A stretch of 31,585 nt of DNA. Origin: a virus (taxonomy: Duplodnaviria > Caudoviricetes). Positions 26,308 through 31,585 of this stretch are shown here, in pieces (position 1 is the first letter of the stretch; each line of letters opens with the position of its first letter). Under the pieces are notes generated by a model. The model ran no database searches, was not told the origin of the DNA, and saw nothing but the letters and a program-made list of their open reading frames with translations. The translations under genes were made by a program, and so were the position numbers. The DNA lies in IMG/VR virus record IMGVR_UViG_3300002514_000138, positions 1 through 31,585 of that record, one strand, 5' to 3'.

Positions 26308-26348
26308 TTGACTTCGAAGCTCCTGTGAGGTATACTCATAGGAGCTTC
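26308..26348 (+). promoter_or_regulatory. Sigma70-type promoter with the -10 box inside a 14-bp inverted repeat
   Basis: TTGACT (26308-26313), 17 nt, TATACT (26331-26336). Arms GAAGCTCCTGTGAG (26316-26329) and CTCATAGGAGCTTC (26335-26348). Confidence 0.7.
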
Positions 26349-26365
26349 ATACATTAGGGGAGACA

Positions 26366-26749
26366 GTGAAGAACCAGAGATATATAGAGTTCGCCAAGAG
26401 AGTGGCGGAACAATCGAATTATGGAAAGTTTAGACACGGAGCCGTCCTTGTAAAGGGTAGCTCCGTTCGTAGTATTTCCTGCAATAAGCACCGACATTGT
26501 AGTTTCGGTGCAAGATTTCGCCGAGAGGGTCATGGCGAGGCTACCCTCCACGCAGAGTTGGGTGCCATTCTAGGGATGGCCCGCTCGACTACACGGGGGT
26601 CAGACGTTTACGTCGCCCGTATCAACAGAGAAGGAGAGGCTCGCATCAGCAAGCCCTGTCCTATGTGCGAAGCCGCCATGCGTCATGTGGGTGTGCGTCG
26701 CGTCTACTATACCAACGAGCATGGTAAGATTGAGAGCATGCGTCTATGA
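26366..26749 (+). CDS. Zn-dependent cytidine/dCMP deaminase-family protein
   Basis: HGAVLV, LHAE and SKPCPMC motifs, plus terminal GVRRVYYT. Confidence 0.88.
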   Translation: MKNQRYIEFAKRVAEQSNYGKFRHGAVLVKGSSVRSISCNKHRHCSFGARFRREGHGEATLHAELGAILGMARSTTRGSDVYVARINREGEARISKPCPMCEAAMRHVGVRRVYYTNEHGKIESMRL

Positions 26750-27711
26750 AACGCGTAATGATTGTCGACGCGCTCAACGCCTATTTCAGGGCCTTTATCG
26801 TCAACCCCAGCCTCTCGGTCCACGGACAGCCCATCGGTGGCTTAAAAGGCTTCCTAGGCATCTTACAGAAGCTCTGTCGCGACATTAAGCCCGACACTGT
26901 GATGATCATCTGGGACGGCCCCGGCGGCAGCCGTAAGAGACGCGAGCAAAACAAGAACTATAAGGAGGGCCGAAAGCCCATCCGAGTCAATCGACAGACC
27001 GACCTCACCGACGAGCAGCAACGCGCCAACATGGCGTGGCAGCAGCTGCGTCTGATGGAATATCTTAATGAATTGCCTGTCGTTCAACTTCGATTCGATG
27101 AGGTTGAGGCCGATGATGTTATTGCCTATGCTACCCAAGTCGAACAATTTAAGGGATGGCAAAAGGTTATTATCTCTAGCGACAAAGATTTCCTCCAACT
27201 CTGCGATGATGAAACAGTTTTGTTTCGTCCCATTCAAAAAAAGGTTCACACTAAGCTGAATATAGTGGAGGATTTTGATATTCATCCTCGCAATTTTGCT
27301 ATGGCTAGAGCAATGGCCGGCGATCCCTCTGATAATCTCAAGGGAGTTCCCCGCGCTGGCCTAAAAAGTATTTCAAAAAACTTGAAATTTCTTAGGGAAG
27401 ATAAGGACGCGTCTTTGCAGGAGATTTTTGATTTTTGCCTGAAGAGCGATTCAAAAGCTAAATTTTTCACCAACGTTTTGGAGTATAGAGATGTAATTAT
27501 AGAGAACTATAAATTGATGCAACTGTATGCCCCCGCGCTTTCGTTGCAGTGTCGCGAGAAGGTGCATTATTCATTGGATAATTTTGAATATGAGTATAAT
27601 AAAACCGAGATTATTCGTATGATGAATCAGGATGGCTTCGGGGTGTTCAACTGGGACGATTTACATGCCACAATGAATAGAATTTGTGTTGACAAAGCAC
27701 TCAGGAGATAG
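26746..27711 (+). CDS. 5'-3' exonuclease/flap endonuclease (T4 RNase H or Pol I 5'-nuclease family)
   Basis: VMIVDALN..FR, WDG, YKEGR, EADDVIA, ISSDKDFLQL and GDPSDNLKGV. Confidence 0.92.
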   Translation: MKRVMIVDALNAYFRAFIVNPSLSVHGQPIGGLKGFLGILQKLCRDIKPDTVMIIWDGPGGSRKRREQNKNYKEGRKPIRVNRQTDLTDEQQRANMAWQQLRLMEYLNELPVVQLRFDEVEADDVIAYATQVEQFKGWQKVIISSDKDFLQLCDDETVLFRPIQKKVHTKLNIVEDFDIHPRNFAMARAMAGDPSDNLKGVPRAGLKSISKNLKFLREDKDASLQEIFDFCLKSDSKAKFFTNVLEYRDVIIENYKLMQLYAPALSLQCREKVHYSLDNFEYEYNKTEIIRMMNQDGFGVFNWDDLHATMNRICVDKALRR

Positions 27712-27717
27712 TAATAT
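27689..27717 (+). promoter_or_regulatory. Sigma70-type promoter for helicase and nrdJ
   Basis: TTGACA (27689-27694), 17 nt, TAATAT (27712-27717). Confidence 0.55.
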
Positions 27718-27722
27718 TAGCC

Positions 27723-29102
27723 ATGAGGGAAGCTATGAAATTAAACGGTGAGCCCGTCAACTTCTCAAAGTACGGGAAGTCCTTTCAAGAAAAGTTGTGC
27801 ATGGTAATTTTGGATGATCGTGCATTCGCAGATCAGATCGAAGAAGTATTAGATGTAAATTTTTTGGAACTCAACTATCTTAAGTTATTTTTAAATAAGG
27901 TATTTTCTTATCGTAAGAAATATGGGGTTCATCCATCGCGTGATATCATGAAGACTATTCTGCGTTCGGAGCTAGAGAATGAAAACGAACTGACCGCCAA
28001 ACAAACGCGCGAGTTCTATGTTCGCAGTCAAATCACCAACCTCACCGATGTGGAGTATATCAAGGACACGTCCTTGGATTTTTGCAAGAAGCAGAATCTC
28101 AAGTCCGCGATGGTTAAATCAATTGGACTTCTTCAGAGTTCTTCGTTCGATGAGATATCCCAAGTTATTAACGATTCTCTTAAATTAGGAATGAACAACG
28201 ATGAAGGCTATGATTATAAAAAAGATTTTGAAGAACGATTTAAGCCTCGATTCCGTAATCCGCTAACAACTGGGTGGCCCCTCATTGACAATATTTGCAA
28301 GGGAGGTTTGGGCCAGAAAGAATTGGGGGTTGTGATTGCCCCCACTGGCGCCGGTAAATCCATGGCACTTGTTCACTTGGGCACCCAGGCCCTCAAGGCC
28401 GGCAAGACGGTCGTGCACTACACACTTGAGCTTCAAGATATGGTAGTGGCATCACGCTATGATTCTTGTCTTACCTCCATCCCTCTGCAAAATCTCGGCA
28501 CCTTTAAAGAAAAAATTTATGAAGAAGTACAGGATATTAAAGGGAAACTTATTGTAAAAGAATACCCTACCAAGACGGCCTCTACTCAAACTGTGCGCAA
28601 CCATTTAGAAAAGCTGCGCATGCGCAATATTGATGTAGATATGATCATTATTGACTATGGAGATCTGTTGCGTCCGGTTCGATATCTTAAAGAGAAGAGG
28701 AACGAACTCGAATCTATTTACGAAGAGCTACGCGCTATTGCATCCGAATATAAATGTCCGGTGTGGACGGCATCCCAAACCAATAGATCGGGGTTAAATG
28801 CAGAAGTCATCACAATGGAATCAATTTCCGAAGCTTTCAATAAGTGTTTTGTCGCTGACTTTATCTTTAGTATTTCTCGAACCATTGAAGACAAGGCAAC
28901 CAACGGGGGTAGGATGTTCGTAGCCAAGAATCGAAATGGTCCGGACGGCATTGTCTTTCCCATATTTATGGATACTGGCACTGTATGTATTAAGGTATTG
29001 GAACCTTGCGCAGAAGATGAATTGGTAGAAGTAAGTGCTAAAAAACAAAAAGAGAATTTGGTTGAGAAATATAAGAAGTTCAAAAAGAATAACGGAGGCT
29101 AG
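27723..29102 (+). CDS. dnaB: Replicative SF4 DNA helicase (DnaB/gp41-like)
   Basis: Walker A APTGAGKS, TLEL, IIIDYGDL, WTASQTNR and KNRNGPDG. The true start may be ATG 27735. Confidence 0.92.
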   Translation: MREAMKLNGEPVNFSKYGKSFQEKLCMVILDDRAFADQIEEVLDVNFLELNYLKLFLNKVFSYRKKYGVHPSRDIMKTILRSELENENELTAKQTREFYVRSQITNLTDVEYIKDTSLDFCKKQNLKSAMVKSIGLLQSSSFDEISQVINDSLKLGMNNDEGYDYKKDFEERFKPRFRNPLTTGWPLIDNICKGGLGQKELGVVIAPTGAGKSMALVHLGTQALKAGKTVVHYTLELQDMVVASRYDSCLTSIPLQNLGTFKEKIYEEVQDIKGKLIVKEYPTKTASTQTVRNHLEKLRMRNIDVDMIIIDYGDLLRPVRYLKEKRNELESIYEELRAIASEYKCPVWTASQTNRSGLNAEVITMESISEAFNKCFVADFIFSISRTIEDKATNGGRMFVAKNRNGPDGIVFPIFMDTGTVCIKVLEPCAEDELVEVSAKKQKENLVEKYKKFKKNNGG

Positions 29103-31529
29103 GTGATGTTTGGTGAAAACGAAGTACGAGTCGCGACTCGTGAATATTTTGGTGGTGATGAATTAGCGACTAATGTTTTTATGACAAAATATTGTTTGCG
29201 CGACAAGAAGGGGAACTTTATGGAAAAGACCCCTGACGATATGCACAAGCGCCTCGCCAAAGAGTTCGCGAGAGTGGAAGACAAGTTCATTACTCGCAAA
29301 TCAAACCATCTTACAGAGGAAGAGATCTATTCTCACCTTAAAGACTTCAAGTATATTGTACCCCAAGGCTCCCCCATGATGGGGATAGGAAATGATTATG
29401 TTAATGTATCTTTATCTAACTGTGTGGTTGTCGACAATCCACAGGATAGTGTTTCGTCCATTGTGGACGCTGGCAAAGACCTTGCTAACTTGTTTAAACG
29501 TCGGTGTGGGGTTGGCCTTGATATTTCTGATTTGCGCCCCGAGGGTGCTCCCGTTAACAACTCTGCTCGCACTACTACTGGGGCTTGGAGTTTTGCTGAT
29601 TTCTATTCATATATTTGTCGTATGATTGGGCAGAATGGGAGGCGTGGGGCTCTCATGATTTCCATGGATATTCGCCATCCCGATATTGAGAAGTTTGTAA
29701 AGATGAAAAAGGACCTCACCAAAGTTACGGGAGCCAATATCTCTGTAAAGATAACGGACGACTTCATGAGGGCAGTCGAAAACGACGAGTCCTTTGCTTT
29801 GCAGTTTCCCGTTGAATCAGATACTCCCGAATATGTGAGTGATGTAGGGGCGCGTTATCTGTGGGGAGCTATCATTGATGCGGCCACACAGACGGCGGAA
29901 CCCGGGCTGCTCATGTGGGACAATATTACGCGCAATTTACCAGCGCATGAATATAAGGATTTTAAAACAAAGACCACCAACCCGTGCGGCGAGATTCCTC
30001 TTTCCGCTTACGATTCCTGTAGGCTCATATCCCTGAATTTAAAGAGCCTCGTGAAAAATTCTTTTGAAAAAAATGCAGAGTTTGACTTTGGGAAGCTAAA
30101 AGAGGTGTCGGCGATTGGGATGCGTCTTTCGGATGACCTGGTTGAACTGGAGTTAGAAAAGCTACAAAACATACGCAAGTGTGCGGACACCGATGATGAA
30201 AAAAGTCTTTGGACTAAACTTTATGGTGCCGCATTCAACGGCCGTCGCACCGGTCTAGGCACTCATGGACTAGCAGATGCGTTGGCATCTTTGAATTTGG
30301 CCTACGATAGCACCGAAGCTCTTGTAATTGTTGAGCAAATCTATCGCACCTTACGGGACGCAGCCTACGAAGAGAGCGCCTACCTAGCCCAAGAGCGTGG
30401 CCACTTTCCGGCCTTTGACTGGAGCGTTGAGGAAAACAACGAGTTTATTCAACGGCTACCGACATCCCTCAAGGAGTTGATTGCCGAGCATGGGCGCCGT
30501 AACATTGCTATTCTTACAAATGCTCCCACAGGATCGGTTTCTATTATGTCTCAAACATCTTCGGGCGTGGAGCCGGTGTTTCGAAATAGTTATATCCGGC
30601 GCCGGAAATTATCACATGATGAACAGGAGTCGGAGGCTGACTATGTTGATGAGATGGGTGATCGGTGGTTAGAATACACGGTTCACCACCACAATGTTCA
30701 GGCGTGGCTCGACCGGCATCCCTTGGAAGAACCGGGGCCCCTACCTGCTTTCTTTGTAGAGTCCGACAGTATTGATTGGACCCGACGTGTTGCTTTACAA
30801 TCTGTCATTCAGCAGAGTATCGATCACAGCATTAGTTCTACAATTAATCTGCCCGCTGGCACTCCTGCCACGGTGGTGGGAGAACTTTATATGGAAGGCT
30901 GGCGCCAAGGACTCAAGGGGATTACTGTGTATGTAGAGGGATCTCGTTCTGGCGTTCTTGTGGCAGACATAGAGGGCGCCCTTTTTCCTCAACACACGGC
31001 ACCGAAGCGCCCCATTGAATTAGAGTGTAACATCCACCACACTACCATTCAGGGAGAGAAGTGGATTATTGTGGTTGGTCTTATGGACGAGAAGCCCTAT
31101 GAGGTAATGGGGGGCTTGTCCACTCTTATTGAAATCCCGCGCGATAAAGCAGAGGGTATTCTGGTGAAGAATTCTCGAAAGACAATGAATTCTATTTACG
31201 ATCTTAAGGTTGGCAAGAATGGCGATATGGTCATAATCAAAGACTTGGTTAAGGTTTTCGACAACCCCAATCACTCCGCCTTTACGCGCATGATCTCACT
31301 TGGAATGCGCCATGGCGCTAATATTCAATATGTGGTGGAACAACTACAGAAGGATCGCGACAGTGATATGTTTAGCTTCGCTAAATGTATTGCTCGGATC
31401 TTGAAGAATTATATTCCGGACGGCCAAGAGGCTACGGAACATACCTGTGGGGAATGCGGTACCAACGGGCTGATATATGTTGAAGGCTGTGTGACTTGTA
31501 GGAACTGCGGCTTTGCAAAGTGTGGATAG
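29103..31529 (+). CDS. nrdJ: Ribonucleotide reductase, class II (adenosylcobalamin-dependent) type
   Basis: SLSNC, RRGALM, TNPCGEI, APTGS.S, SISSTINLP and KGITVY, plus a C-terminal extension with the Cys-rich tail EGCVTCRNCGFAKCG. No beta subunit in the window. Start is GTG 29103 or ATG 29106. Confidence 0.88.
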   Translation: MMFGENEVRVATREYFGGDELATNVFMTKYCLRDKKGNFMEKTPDDMHKRLAKEFARVEDKFITRKSNHLTEEEIYSHLKDFKYIVPQGSPMMGIGNDYVNVSLSNCVVVDNPQDSVSSIVDAGKDLANLFKRRCGVGLDISDLRPEGAPVNNSARTTTGAWSFADFYSYICRMIGQNGRRGALMISMDIRHPDIEKFVKMKKDLTKVTGANISVKITDDFMRAVENDESFALQFPVESDTPEYVSDVGARYLWGAIIDAATQTAEPGLLMWDNITRNLPAHEYKDFKTKTTNPCGEIPLSAYDSCRLISLNLKSLVKNSFEKNAEFDFGKLKEVSAIGMRLSDDLVELELEKLQNIRKCADTDDEKSLWTKLYGAAFNGRRTGLGTHGLADALASLNLAYDSTEALVIVEQIYRTLRDAAYEESAYLAQERGHFPAFDWSVEENNEFIQRLPTSLKELIAEHGRRNIAILTNAPTGSVSIMSQTSSGVEPVFRNSYIRRRKLSHDEQESEADYVDEMGDRWLEYTVHHHNVQAWLDRHPLEEPGPLPAFFVESDSIDWTRRVALQSVIQQSIDHSISSTINLPAGTPATVVGELYMEGWRQGLKGITVYVEGSRSGVLVADIEGALFPQHTAPKRPIELECNIHHTTIQGEKWIIVVGLMDEKPYEVMGGLSTLIEIPRDKAEGILVKNSRKTMNSIYDLKVGKNGDMVIIKDLVKVFDNPNHSAFTRMISLGMRHGANIQYVVEQLQKDRDSDMFSFAKCIARILKNYIPDGQEATEHTCGECGTNGLIYVEGCVTCRNCGFAKCG

Positions 31530-31541
31530 AAAGGAAAACAA

Positions 31542-31585
31542 ATGAATCTTGCACCAGTTAATAACTACCTCTCGGTACGAACCGT
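31542..31585 (+). CDS. Partial ORF at the window edge, possibly GroES-like
   Basis: AAAGGAA RBS followed by MNLAPVNNYLSVRT, which loosely resembles the GroES N-terminus. Only 14 codons are visible. Confidence 0.35.
   Translation, partial: MNLAPVNNYLSVRT

Noticed and set aside
28713-31198. CTATTTA matches inside the helicase and nrdJ genes
   Set aside because: They are intragenic, not near a start codon, and a 7-mer is expected by chance.
24254-31529. Inteins or group I introns in recA, the helicase or nrdJ
   Set aside because: The ORFs are continuous and of normal length, with no splicing or homing endonuclease motifs seen.
1-31585. Stop-codon reassignment
   Set aside because: TAA, TAG and TGA all end well-defined genes, and coding density is high under the standard code.

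Overview
This 31.6-kb window is a fragment of a large lytic T4-like myophage genome. All real genes are on the + strand and use the standard genetic code. The left two-thirds (24-20265) is a virion module: scaffold, gp23-type major capsid, gp13-like neck, gp15-like terminator, sheath, tube, tail chaperone, tape measure, baseplate and hub genes. It is marked by a recurring ACTATTTA putative late-promoter motif. The right third (20278-31585) is a replication and nucleotide-metabolism module with sigma70-type promoters. It encodes a miniaturised family A polymerase, a MazG-like pyrophosphatase, a degenerate tubulin/FtsZ-like protein, a gp32-type SSB, an Hc1-like protein, RecA/UvsX, a deaminase, a 5'-3' exonuclease, a DnaB-like helicase and a class II ribonucleotide reductase. 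The most notable signals missing from the ORF track are: (1) a start-less ORF after the tail chaperone, reachable by a +1/-2 frameshift on a T7 run; (2) a gene-32-like pseudoknot or switch just before the ssb ribosome-binding site; (3) a duplicated structured leader before two small genes; (4) a ParB/Srx-like gene with a late motif and a capsid-targeting-like N-terminus inserted among the replication genes, followed by a promoter whose -10 box sits in a 14-bp palindrome. No tRNA, CRISPR array, integrase, intron or intein was seen. All family assignments come from reading motifs by eye, not from database searches.
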